A stretch of 64,000 bases of DNA, from positions 87,546,001-87,610,000 of the forward strand of contig NC_045696.1 of assembly GCF_009834535.1 (NCBI RefSeq), written 5' to 3'. A program made the position numbers and the translations under genes. The notes beneath the pieces were generated by a model that saw nothing but the letters and a program-made list of their open reading frames with translations, was not told the DNA's origin and did not search any database. The DNA comes from Camelus ferus. Its lineage: Eukaryota. Positions 13,091-25,310 of this stretch are shown here, in pieces. The first letter of the stretch is position 1. Each line of letters starts with the position of its first letter.

Positions 13091-14437
13091 AGAGTAGAAG
13101 GATGCTTGTAGCTCACCTTCTCCCACAAATACACCGAAACTCACATCTACGGACCTACTCAGCCAACCAGAGCACCTGCCAAACTCTGACAGAACATTGC
13201 CCTCTTTGAAAAGACAAAGATGCCAAAAATATGGTAGGAGAAAAGGAAAAAAGAAAGAAGAAGAAAGAAAGAAGACAAAGCAAAACAGAGTGGGACTGAT
13301 CCCAGGGGAGGGACTGGCAAAGGAGGACTGGCAGTCATTCACGGGTTCCCCCGCCTCCAACGGAGAGGTCAGAGGGACAGAAGGGGAGCCTCCGAGGCTC
13401 AGATCTTCCCCAAGCACCCCTTGACTGACAGAACTGAGTTAAATGGGCACAAAGGGTCCCCCCGACACCCAGCCTGAGATGCAAGCCGGCAGCTGGGGCC
13501 AGGACAGGCTGCCCAAGCCAGGCGGAGGACTGGGGTGGCTGCACTGAGGCAGCCCTGGGGACTGCAGGGTGCTGTGTGCCGTGGCTGGGAGGGGATACAG
13601 AGCAGAACAACCTCGGTCCCCCATAAATTGCGAAAAAAGCAAAGCAACAGGGCTAGTGTGCCCTGGGGGGAGGGGCGCCATAGCCTTTGTCTCCTCAGAC
13701 CTGCACCGCCATTACTGGCGCATCTCGTGAGAAGAGAGGTGGGGCGCAGCCACAGCCGCCATCTCCTCCTGTGTGCAGGGCCTGGGCTGGGGGGCAGACT
13801 GAGCCCTGAATCTGCATCCAGGGGCTCCGCAACCTCCTAGGCAGGACAAGGACTTGTTTACATCCTGAGGCAGATAGGATCTTTCTGCCCTGGCACCTCA
13901 GAGAACTTCTGCCACCAAGACAAATAAGGAGCTGAGATTTGGCATGGAGCAGAGACGGGGCTGTTCTGCAGTCTTCCCTGAGTCTGCCTTCGCCTTCGGA
14001 GCGTCAACCTGAGGCAGAGCGGGCAGCTGCACGGAGCAGCGGAGTGACCAGTGCCGGAGAGGGCAGGCAGTCACATCCCTTCCTGGCAGGAATGCAGCAC
14101 CTGACCACGGTGCTGGGATGGGGTGCGATTGCCCACCTGCCTCCCTCCCCTACACAGCACAGCATCTGACTGCGGCATCGGGAGGAGGAGTGACTCGCCT
14201 ACCCACCGGGTAAGAGCTCAGCTCCTGACCCAGTATTAGGAGGGGGCATGACCTGCTAGCCAACAGCCACTGGGAGCAGCACAGATGAGGGAGCCAACAG
14301 AGGGCCTCTGGAAACAGCAAGCTGAGTTTGCGAAACAGGGCAAAGACACAAAGACCTCTCGATAAAATCATTAAGAGCACACCGTCTCCAGGAGAATTAG
14401 ATAACTGATACTCCTTAAGCCACAGTGCCAGAGAGAT

Positions 14438-15334
14438 ATGAGCAATATGAAGAAGCAGAGGAACCACTCCCAATTAAAAGATCAAGAGAAATCCCCTGAA
14501 AGCATGATCAAGGAAACAGACATCGATGGCCTACTAGATCAAGATTTCAAAAAAGGAGTGATCAAAGTACTGAAGGAATTAAAAGAAAGTGTTTAGAGAT
14601 ATAAAATATGTCAAAAATGAAATAGAAGCTATAAAGAAGAACCAAGTAGAATTAGTAAACTTATTTGCTGAGAGGAGAGCTGACCTAAAGGCTGTACAAA
14701 GCAAGCTAGATAATGCAGAGGAACGCATAAGTGACCTAGAAGACAGGACAACAGAAAGCACCCAATCAGAACAGCTGAGAGAAAAACAAAAAAACAATGA
14801 AAACAATATAAGGGACCTATGGGGTAATACAAAGTGTGCCAATCCACACATAATAGGGGTTCCAGAAAGGGAAGAAAGAACAAAGGGGGTTAAAAAGATA
14901 TTTGAAGAAATCATGACTGAAAATTTCCCAAACCTAAAGAAAGAAACAGATATCCAAGTACAGGAGGCTCAGAGGGTCCCAAACAGGAAGAACCCAAACA
15001 GAACCACACCAAGACATATCATAATCAAGATGGCCAGAGTCAAGGAAAAAGAAATGACACTGAAGGCAGCAAGAGAAAAACAAAGAGTGAGTTACAAGGG
15101 AACCCCCATAAGGCTCTCAGCTGATTTCTCTACATAAACGCTACAGGCCAGAAGGGAGTGGCAAGATATATTCAAAGTTCCGAATGAAAAAAGATGCAGC
15201 CTAGGATACTCTATCCAGCAAGGCTATCCTTTAGAATAGAAGGAGAGATAAAGAACTTCACAGACAAGCAAAAACTACAAGAGTTTAGCAACACTAAACC
15301 CATGCTAAAAGAAATATTCAGAGGTCTACTCTAA
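14438..15334 (+). pseudogene. L1 ORF1 (RNA-binding protein), disrupted
   Basis: MSNMKKQRNHSQLKDQEKSPE... from ATG 14438; frameshift near 14588; ORF 14589-15137 contains IIGVPE.EE and PRHIIIKM...AAREK; premature TAA at 15135; second frameshift in an A-run near 15190; natural TAA at 15332-15334. Confidence 0.92.
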
Positions 15335-15477
15335 ATAGAAAAGAAGCAGGATGCTACAAAAATGAGAAACTCATAACTGGAAAGGAGATAACTGCCATGA
15401 ATTACAAAAAGAATAAACACAAAATTGTAAAAGAAGACATCTAAATCATTAAGAGTGGGAGAGGGAAGCAAGGAAAG

Positions 15478-15840
15478 CCACTGTGGAAAACAGTATGGAG
15501 ATTCCTCAAAAGACTAGGAATAGACTTACCAAATGACCCAGGAATCCTGCTCCTGGGCATATATCCAGAAGGAACCCTACTTCAAAATGACACCTGCACC
15601 CCAATGTTCATAGCAGCACTATTTACAATAGCCAAGACATGGAAGCAGCCTAGATGTCCATCAACAGATTACTGAATAAAGAAGAAGTGGTATATTTATA
15701 CGATGGAATACTATTCAGCCACAAAAACTGACAATGCTATTTGCAGCAACATGGATGTTCCTGGAGAATGTCATTCAAAGTGAAGTAAGCCAGAAAGAGA
15801 AAGAAAAATATAATATGAGATCGCTTATATGAGGAATCTA
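15478..15840 (+). pseudogene. C-terminal remnant of L1 ORF2
   Basis: Translates as PLWKTVWRFLKRLGIDLPNDPGILLLGIYP...CTPMFIAALFTIAKTWKQPRCPS...WYIYTMEYYSA. Confidence 0.9.
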
Positions 15841-17313
15841 AAAAAAAAAATAAAAACAAAAAAACCAAACAAAACATAAATACAAAGCAGAAACAGACTC
15901 ATAGACATAGAATACAAACTTGTGGTTGCCAAGAAGGCGGTGGGTGGGAAGGGACAGACTGGGATTTTAAAATGCAGAATAGATAAACAAGATTACACTG
16001 TATAGCACAGGGAAAAATATACAAGATCTTGTGGTAGTTCATAGCGAAAAAAAAAATGTGACGATGAATATATGTATGTTCATGTATGACTGAAAAATTG
16101 TGCTCTACACTAGAATTTGACACAACATTGTAAAATAACTATTACTCAATAAAAAATGTAAAAATAAAGTAACATGGAAAGAACAATTGTTGTAACTACA
16201 TATTGGGCAAGAAGTTGTTTTGAAAAATTCTGGGATCACAGCTTTTCTTCAGACCCACTTTAAGGTGAGTGAGTTTGTAGGTTTTACCACAATCTTTCCT
16301 GAAACATCCCATCATAGAAATTAAAAATAAGTAGACTGAACATCACCAGGCTTCTTTATGAAAGAATGTATTACATAACATGTTAACTTATTTGTAAAGA
16401 GTCTTAAGAGAGAGTTTAATGAAGGGATTCAGTAGAAATTGCTTATGCTTAAACTTGGACAGATAATATTTTCTTATTGAAGGTGAAAGCCACAGAACTG
16501 AAGAAGAATCCTGAGTAAAAGATGTTATTTTTCCCTCTTTGGTGAAAAGAAGCAAAAAGACAACAAAAACAAGAAAAAATTTCTAAACAAGCTATATATA
16601 TATAAGGAATTATAGCAAGAGACCAAGCTTTTATAGGTGCTAGCTAATATACATATTACATATAATGAAATGGTCATCTATAATCTGGCAATAATTTTAG
16701 GTTATTCTAAAATGGTAAACATAATATTTAACAGCTTAAAGAAGAAGCTATTGTGACCTTAGAATAGCTAAGTTCTCACGTCTGCAGACAAAATAAGAGT
16801 CCATTAGCAATTTCAAATTGTGATTGTGAGTTTAATACCAGCTGTATCTAAAAAGTCTATTTCTCTAAGTCTTATTCATAAATGAATCTTTTTAATCAAT
16901 ATTCTCTAGTGATTGGTTATGTCATTTTCACTGTTTCTATAACAAAGTTCATTTTTAACTTAGAAATGTGATAAATCAAGTTCAGGCTTTTAATGACACC
17001 ACTTGGAAACGACACATATCCCTGACATTCATCTTTATTGTCAAAACAAGTCTCATGCTTTTATGAATATCTAAGGGGAAAGGAAAGAGAAATTCTAGCA
17101 TGCACCCAAAAGAAGGAGAACCAGAATGTTTTTGAAAAGTCCTAACGATCATTATAATGCATTTGGAAAATAATTTAAAGATGTTTTCATGTCAACCTAC
17201 TTAAAGGACTACAGAGGTGGTATTCTTCCAACCAAAGAATACAAAGGGACACAAAGAACTTACTCTGGTTAACTTTAAGTGTGCCCATGATCTTATTGGT
17301 GATGAAAAATACG

Positions 17314-17425
17314 TCATTTACTCATTTACTAAACATTTAGTAAAACCCTACTAATCTACAGTCTAGATATTATGCTAAGTCATAAGAATTTAATGGCAAA
17401 CAAGGCATAATAGCTTGCTCTTGTT
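17314..17425 (-). mobile_element. L2 3' end fragment
   Basis: TCATTTACTCATTTACTAAACATTTAG...ATTATGCTAAG...AAACAAGGCA is a degenerate reverse-complement L2 tail. Confidence 0.45.
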
Positions 17426-17750
17426 TTTTAACATAAGGCTATTATTTACCACATAAACTTTAAATACATATTTATCTTCTAAAAATATACATACATTACC
17501 TATATACAAATGTTTTTTAAATGTGTGTTATTAGCTAGTGACAGATAAGGACACACAGGCAAGGAGCATAAGAGGGTTATAAATGTTACTTTAAGATTAT
17601 ATACCAAATTGTCAAGAAATAAAAATGATCATAGAAATAATTAAATCTAAGATGTGCCTCATTAATTACTGTCAGTTCATGATGTATGTGTTTCTTCTAA
17701 TGAACAGAAATGATTGGACAGTTAGATTCAATCATGAGCTAAGCAATATT

Positions 17751-18219
17751 TGTGAAATGTAAACCAACCACCGAACACTGATGCCTTGGAATCCCCAAGT
17801 CTGGGACAAGAGTCTTAATAGCTGGTGTAGATAAGTGCAGATGAACTGATAGGATAATGTATCTAGTAAATGCGCATGGGAAGGGTATTTTTAGCCTCTC
17901 CCGGTTAGCCCCCTAAAAAAGTCTGAGGGTGAAAGCCAAAGGCTTTGCCCCTTGAGTAACCTGAGACTACCTATCATCTCCACGTCAAACATAAGCACTG
18001 AAGCCACACAGACCCTTCGTCATGTGGAATTGATGGGTGATTCCTGTTCATTTCAGAGAGCCACCCAGACTCTCCTCTTCAGGATAGTCCTAGATGAAGT
18101 TTTATGTTCACTCTACAACATCTAAGCATTTACAATGTGTCCATGGCAAGTTTCATCCACTATTTCTGCATTATAGGATACCATATCTAATAAAATCCCT
18201 TCACGAGAAGCCTTTCACA
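17751..18219 (+). mobile_element. Possible ancient solo LTR (family unassigned)
   Basis: 469-bp, more GC-rich block bounded by inverted TGTGAAA...TTTCACA, with AATAAA about 25 nt before the end; TSD not convincing. Confidence 0.35.
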
Positions 18220-18538
18220 CTACTACAGACAAGGGATAACGATGAATTACCTACTTTTTAAACTTCATTTTGGGGTCTTGGTTTTATGCAATGCTTATGT
18301 TGATCAGCCAGATAGGTGGGAAAGGGGAGGGGTAGACATCAAAACAAGTACTAAGAACTTCTTAGTTTTCTTCATTTTCCTTGGGTATAATCATTAAAAT
18401 TGGTGCTTTGGGAGCATAAAGAAGGAGACCTGATATAATCGTGTGTTTGTAAGAAAGGGAATGTTTATCTCTAAATAGACTTTAAGTTCATGGAGACAGT
18501 CATTAAAGAAATGCAGCAGAAGTAGAAGTAATTCTTAC

Positions 18539-18619
18539 CACTTCTGATGTTTTCTTTCATTTAGTTGGTATTCGGTTTTGTAACCCATATAGTTTCTCTC
18601 TGCCGCTTATAAACTCTTC
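18539..18619 (-). other. Candidate internal exon (81 nt)
   Basis: Minus-strand acceptor with a long pyrimidine tract ending CTATACTTTCAG|G, and donor GTG|GTAAGA, in unique sequence. Confidence 0.4.
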
Positions 18620-20224
18620 CTGAAAGTATAGAAAAAAAAGAAAAACAGTAAACTACTTGCTGCGCTGACAGGCAGAGACTTGAAGCCATTGAAAGTTGCG
18701 TTATTTTTATTACATTATTTGTTGTCCCAGGCTGGCACAACTTGGAATTCACAAGAAACATTGTGTGAGGAGTCAAGTCAGTGTCTACAGAAAGAGAAGA
18801 GAGTACTGGGCATATCACTGGGTAACTTTCTGATGGTCCCATCCCATCTGTGTTCTGAACAACAGCCCTATCTTTGGGGAAGACTTCCTCCATTTTTTGT
18901 GGTCCTAGTGGGATGGCTAGTCATAGTATTTGTTTTCCTAGGCAACAGGGATGTTCACTTGATACAGACTCAGAAAAGTCGAGAGCCTCAAACTGCTGTT
19001 AATTGTTACTGGTCCATTGGCAATTGGCCCCAATATGTTCAATCTCATTGTTTTCTGTGGTTGGTAATCTGCTTCCCAAGAGTAAGACATTCTTTTCCCT
19101 CTAGGACAGTTTACTTGAGTGATATGAATCTGTAACTGCCAGTAGTCATTTTCTCTGCCATTCGGGTAGAGACCATACATGAAATTAATTCAAGTGGAGA
19201 CAGGAGAGAAGCTTTTGGGTAGCACCGAGACCCTTGTTCCAATCCTTAAGGCTCTTTTATTTATTCTGAGCTACTCCCACATCCTCCCCAGCTTCATAAA
19301 TCAGAACATTTCCTTTTTGCACAAAATGTGTTGCATTGGGTTCCTGCCAATGATAAAACTTCAGTATTTAAGGAATAAACAGAAGTAGAGGTGTCTACAA
19401 AAGACGCTACACAGGGTTATATAACTTAATGAAGGCATGATGACTGACCATATGAGTAGCTCCCAGACTTCCTACTAGTCATAGAAGCCACCACTGGCAG
19501 AATAAAACAATGCAATAGAAAATGCACTGACTTCACAGACAAAGCCCAGGAAGGGAGGAGAAGACAAGAGTGAGCATCCCTGGACAGGGGAACAAAAGAA
19601 ACTACGAAAGACGATTGTAACAACTTAAGATTTGGATATAATCAACCAAAATCCATAAGTATAACTGGAGAGGGAGAGTATTTGAATTATAAATATATCC
19701 TACTTGAGGCTACTGTATTTTTCTCTATACAAGATCTACTATCAAATAATTATTTTCCTAAAATAAAACTGCCTTGTGAAACACCAAGGCAAGAGTTTTG
19801 GCAAGAAGTTTGATTTTTTATTATTTTTTGCTGGTGCTGGAGCCAACAGATTTCGCCTCCATGCCAGAAATTTTTCTAGCCTTAGGGATACAAAATGAGC
19901 ACATCTCTACTGAAATGGAACTGAGTTTTCATATTTTTAAAATGAATATTTCTAATATATAGAAATAAGCTCGGTTACAGAGATTTCCCAAGAGATCTGA
20001 ATAATGCAGATAATTTAAATATTAAAACATTAGAATTCTGAGTATATTAACAATTATGGGGCTGATCTAGTTTTCTTTATAAGACTTGAACCTCAAAATT
20101 TCTGAGCTCCAATTATTTTCACCTGAAACAACAGAAAAATAAAAACTTTTTTTAACCACCTGGAATTCATAGCTGCCCCAAACATTTTGAACCATCTCAC
20201 TATATTGTGTACAGTTCTCATCAT

Positions 20225-20660
20225 ACTGTGTACCTACTTTTCCAGGAGAGAAAAAAATACTGTATATCCCAGATTCCCTTGCGGCTAGGTTACAGTCATG
20301 TGATCTGAGTTTTACCAATGCCAGCTGACTTTTTGAAATGCAGATGTTGGAGGGAGCATGATGAGGTAATGGTTGTGTGCGAGAAACATCTTCTAGCATG
20401 CAGCATGGCAAAGGTATCTGCTTCTTCTGGAGTAGCTCCCTGTGCCCACAGAGTGATCAGTCCTTAGCAGCAGCTGTTGTCCATCCTGTAGTACATTGGG
20501 CACTGTTGCTGATGACTTTGTCCTGAGTGTAACATCCCAGCCTGGCTTCCCCAGCTATTGCAGGGCCCTTGTGTTAACAAAGATTATGACATAAGCCACT
20601 TTCTGCTTAAATTTGCAAGGATGAATTTATGTTTTCATCAAGGACTAATAACTTAAGACA
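20225..20660 (+). mobile_element. ERVL LTR (LTR33-like)
   Basis: TCCCAGATTCCCTTGCGGCTAGG...CATGTGATCTGAGTTTTACCAAT near the 5' end and CTTTCTGCTTAAATTTGCAAG near the 3' end. Confidence 0.55.
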
Positions 20661-21727
20661 TGATTTTTTTTTAAAGGAAAAGAGTCATATGAACATGCCC
20701 AGGAAAGTTTTATGTACTATATAAAGAAAAGATGATGCTATTTTTGCAGTGATTATTATCCATCCTTAAATAATTTTAATCTGCGACACTACTACACTTT
20801 CGTTTTTTGTTCCTTAAAACCAATGAAGCAAAATATGGACACATTTTATTAAAAATATAATTACACTAGGTTTTCAAACTTTTTTGCTCTACCATTTTCT
20901 TTTTAATAATGGATAATTTATAAGGGATATTATTGTACATAGGAATGGGATAAATTTGTCCCAAATATTTTAAGTCTCACATCTGAAATCCTTCTGTGAA
21001 ACGAGAAACAAGGAATGCCATGAGCTAACAATGCTTTCAGCTAACTATGAAAGTAAGAAGGGCAAGAGTGACTCTGACAAGTTCATGCATCTTAAATTCA
21101 GCATCACTCGATGCTGCTTCCCAAGAGGATGCCTGAATAGCACTAGACAATGAAGATATACAGTAACAGGGTGCACTGATACAGAAACATTACATGCATG
21201 TAAATGAGAACAGTCAACTCCCAGAGGAATCAACTAGGAACCAAAATTGTCACTCCTTGTAAAAAGAAAACATAACATGCACACCCGAGAGTAGCAACAG
21301 CAAGAGTGGCAGCAGTAATACTACAAATAATTGATTGGGTACCATAATACAAACAAGATAACTGGATTTTTTGATTCTCAATAAAATATCTAGGCATGTT
21401 TCAAGAAAATTGCATCAATGAGGGACTGTATGGGTTTAAAAAAAATTTCCAGAAGTGCTCTTTGTTCATATGTAAAATAACATTAACTTATCTTTCCATT
21501 TTCAAGCTCATTAAACAAAAGATAACTGCACCCATTGCCCTGCCCCGAACGTATCCTCTGCAACATACACTCGCCTGCATCATAACACACTTTCCCTATC
21601 GCAAAACTGTTCTCTGCTTTTCCTTGCCTGTTTCTAGCTCTGATTTCCGTTTTCAGAGCATGAGCTACTGCATGTTTTCATTTGCAATGAGAAAGCTCAC
21701 TGAGATTACATTGGATCTCTGAAGTTA

Positions 21728-21746
21728 AAGTGCCATCTGGTGCCGA
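21728..21746 (-). promoter_or_regulatory. Candidate CTCF site
   Basis: Minus strand TCGGCACCAGATGGCACTT; one mismatch to the CCACCAGRKGGCRC core; unique sequence. Confidence 0.4.
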
Positions 21747-23179
21747 AAGAAAGCATCTCAATATAGATTTTTTTTAATGTTAGCAAGATTCATGAGAGTT
21801 TTCACATAATAGAGATATATCAAATGCATGTAAAACTCTTAACATTAAAATGCTCAAACATGAACATGTTAATAGAAATATATATCTGGCTTTGTCTCAT
21901 TTAGTTAACGACATCACGTTAAGCTTCATTTGGGAAGTTTGCGTCATAGATTCTGCATGCATGCTCCCGCATTCTGCCTCTTGTTGTTACAGAACCATCA
22001 GCATGAACGGATGCTATAGACCTCATTCTCTCACCCAAAATTAAAGATTGTTTCAGACTTAAGCAAGAGCTCTTTAGTTCTTTCAAGGGCAAACCCTAGT
22101 CTCTCTAATAAACTTGTACTGCCTGTACCGATCATGCTACTTGGAACTGATCCATTCTATTTCAAGAATTTAAATGGCAGCAATGCTCAAAGCATTGTCC
22201 CCAGGAGGGAAGGCCAGTGCCAGCACACACTATTCTGCCAGTGCACAGTCAGCTGATCACAGGAGTTCCGTACAACAAGCAAAATGGTTTCCTGCATTTA
22301 GCCTGACAGCTTTCAGAAGCTGTCTCATGGGACTGGCAAGACATTTTCTAGTACTTGTCATGCTGACAATGCCACGATGCTAACAGCACACAGGGTTGTC
22401 ATTGACTTGGTATTATCATTCCTTGAGTTAATAATGTATAGGTAGGAAATTTTAAAAATAAAGAATCTATACTGTATTTTTAAAGTGTAGCAAGTAACAG
22501 AAACCATGAAATTATACCGCAAAACACAGTCAACCACCTGGAATGGGAAAACATCTCTCTCATATAATCTCAACCATGATGAAAGAAAAACAGTTACTAA
22601 AATAGAGGCACTAGGTTATAGGGAATGTGAAATCAAACAGAATTCCAGGAGAGCCTGATGTGGGGGTCAGTGATCTGAGAGAGTCTTAGATAATCAAGAG
22701 TAGACTGGTGTCCAAATACAAGGCTAAAATACCCAAAAGGAATCAGTTGAATACTTATTTTTCTTCCTGAAAAAGATCACAAAAATAATGAACATGTATA
22801 AGATTCTTCCACTCAAAAAGTATATTGTCTTACTCTTTTATTCTATCCAAAATTTATAACATTTAAACTCTGAAACAGCATTCTTTTTGTTTATAACATA
22901 GTCCTTGGAGGTGCCATAAAAAGGAACCATTCTAAAGAGAAGCAAATATATTCTTGAGATTATTTTTGACATTTTTTGTGCATCGAGAAATAAACAGTAC
23001 TTGATGAATTTCCAAACAGCCTAATTCTGCTCTTGGTACTGGAACCTGTTGGTAGACATAAGACTCATGTAGATTATTACTACTTGAATTAATTAATCTC
23101 TTCTAAAATATAGTAATGATATGGTATCTAGTTTTATCCTTTTGTTTAAAGACTTACCAAGTAATATTATTTTTCATAG

Positions 23180-23345
23180 TTCTTTTTACTGAGCACTTAT
23201 TATAGGTCTCCCATTTAACTGAGTGTTACAAAAATGATCTGATTCGATCCCCACAGCATCTGAGGCTCAGAAAGGCAATAACTCAAAGCTTACTGAAATT
23301 AATTAGCTAATTAGAGTTGGTTGCATCTGTTAAAACCAGACTTTC
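23180..23345 (-). mobile_element. MIR fragment
   Basis: TTTACTGAGCACTTATTAT...ATCCCCACAGCA...CTGAGGCTCAGAAAGG. Confidence 0.5.
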
Positions 23346-25014
23346 GACCCAGTTGTCAACAACTATGGCAAACAAACAAACAAAAAAATGATGTGTTCTT
23401 TAATAAACAAAAAAAATTACTTCAGTTAAAACATTGCAGCATTTCAATAAATATAATATGCTTATATGACTCGTGTGTAGTTTAACTTACAGAATGTGAA
23501 TATTCATAGTGGTTTTGTTCAGTTTCCTTCTAACAATTAATTAAGCGAAGTGCTCTATTAGGTTCTTCTGCTAAATATCTCAGATTCTGAACCCTGGAGT
23601 TAAGTTTGGTGGCTCGGCTGCCCTAGGGCCTCTCAGTATTACTTTGCCCTGTTACAAAATGGCCTTCCATTGGGGTTGGCTGTTTTGGCTCACACAGTCC
23701 ACTGTCTACACTGGAGACTGTGGCCAGCGTAGCAGTGTTAGTGATATGCAAGACTCCTGAGGCAGTCCTGGTAACATTCTCATCTCATACAAGACATGCC
23801 CGCCTCCCCTTTCCCATCCGCATTTGTACAATCTTCCTGTTTCTTTCTCTTCTTTTTAGGGGGTTGAGGGTGAGATCGTGAGAGCACAGATGAAGAGCAC
23901 TGTCTCACAACTGCAGGATCTACGGTACACCAGTCTTAAAGAAAAAAAAAAAGCCATTTACAATTTAGGTGCCAAGGCACAGGCACTGCTATGTGGTCTA
24001 TTCAACACACTACAGACTACAAACAGTGTAGTGGATGAGGGACGAGTCTGAGGGACACAGCAACTTCAGGTCTCTATTTGACATGGGGTCTTTGAAAGCC
24101 ATGACAAGTCTGGTGGCAGCTCAATATTGCAATAAAAACAAATCATGCATCTTTATAATCATACCATCAACTATTCTGCTTTTCCTTTTTCCATACTCTT
24201 TGGGTTCATCCATTGCCTCTGAGGACAAGACACTTTGGAGGGCATTCAAATCTATAGAGCTACTAAAGACTTTGATCACATAATTGATCATTTTTTTGGT
24301 AGCCAGATTTCTTTATTAGGAAAAGTGAGAAAGCTCTTTCTCTCACCCTCTCTTGCTCTTGCTTCTGTCTCTCTATTCATAAACAAACACACAATCAAAT
24401 ACATTTCTTTTGCAACTGCTACAAGGTTGGGGGAAGGGAATGTGATTCAATTTAAGTCATTTCTATTCAAAAGGCCTGTCAATGCAACACACTGGATGTC
24501 TGACGGCCTAGTGTGATGCAGTAAAGAAACAGCAAATGAAAGCCATCACGAACATGCCCGGGCTTGTATGCTGTTATTGATTGGTTTAGAATCCTTCTTC
24601 ACCCTGACCCCAACTCTGCAAGGGAAAAAGTGTCTGCACTTCTGAAGCTTCTAACACAAAAAGATGAAATCGTATAACTGTACACTTGAAAACTGAGAGA
24701 AAAGATGTGCTTGTCTTATGCTGTCTGTCTTGCCTCTGGATATGATTCTATCAAGGCAAGTGGCAGCTTCTCCTGACAGTGGCACCCACATCTGCCCTCC
24801 TCTTCCCATTCAAATTGGCAAAACTAAATCCAAAGCTGTCAAGTGAATTTAAAGAAAAACAAAAACAAAAAGCCTAGAGCAGGAAGATTTATGTATGTTA
24901 CAGAAGCGTGACACATGCTTTGAATTTCCCTCAATAGTTGCAAGCACCTCTCCGACCTGGACGGACTGGGATGGTGTCTCATCCCTAGAGTGCAGGCCAG
25001 GGAAGCAACTTCCC

Positions 25015-25310
25015 TCTGTTCATTCTCTCCCTCCTTCTGTGGACATTCTTTGGACATTAATTGTGTGCCTGGTGCTCAGCGAGATACTGAGGATAGAAAT
25101 GTAAACAAGATACCTGCCTTCACACTACTTACAGTACAGGGTAGGAGACCTGAAGTGCAGAAAAAAATAATGGTGTTCTCCAGTCCAAGGAGGGAGGAGG
25201 GGGTCATAAAAGGATAAGTCCCCTAGAAGTCATATGAACTAAGCCATAGGAATAAGTAAGCATTATCCCATTGGAAATAGGGGCATTTCTTCATGTGCTA
25301 GGGTCCAGGG
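25015..25310 (-). mobile_element. L2 fragment
   Basis: TGTGTGCCTGGTGCTCAGC...GAGGATAGAAATGTAAACAAGATACCTGCCTTCA matches a reverse-complement L2 3' region. Confidence 0.55.

Larger units (their letters stand above)
13070..16165 (+). mobile_element. Lineage-specific LINE-1 with complete 5'UTR and ORF1, ORF2 almost entirely absent, intact 3'UTR
   Basis: 5' CAAGATGGC motif, GC-rich 5'UTR of about 1.35 kb, ORF1, abrupt junction at ~15477 into the ORF2 C-terminus (PLWKTVWRFL...), 3' CTCAATAAAAAA tail. 16-bp TSD with 14/16 identity: AAATTAACATGGGAAG (13054-13069) / AAAGTAACATGGAAAG (16166-16181). Confidence 0.93.

Noticed and set aside
13043..14473. Many overlapping ORFs, including antisense ORF0-like candidates
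   Set aside because: Expected by chance in a GC-rich L1 5'UTR; mostly non-ATG starts and no recognisable protein.
14589..15137. 182-aa ORF as a functional or domesticated gene
   Set aside because: It is the middle of L1 ORF1, bounded by a frameshift and a premature stop.
23687..23726. Hairpins (CACAGTC...GACTGTG here; also near 34220, 42540 and 17335) as miRNA or structured RNA
   Set aside because: Stems are too short for pre-miRNAs and are expected by chance.
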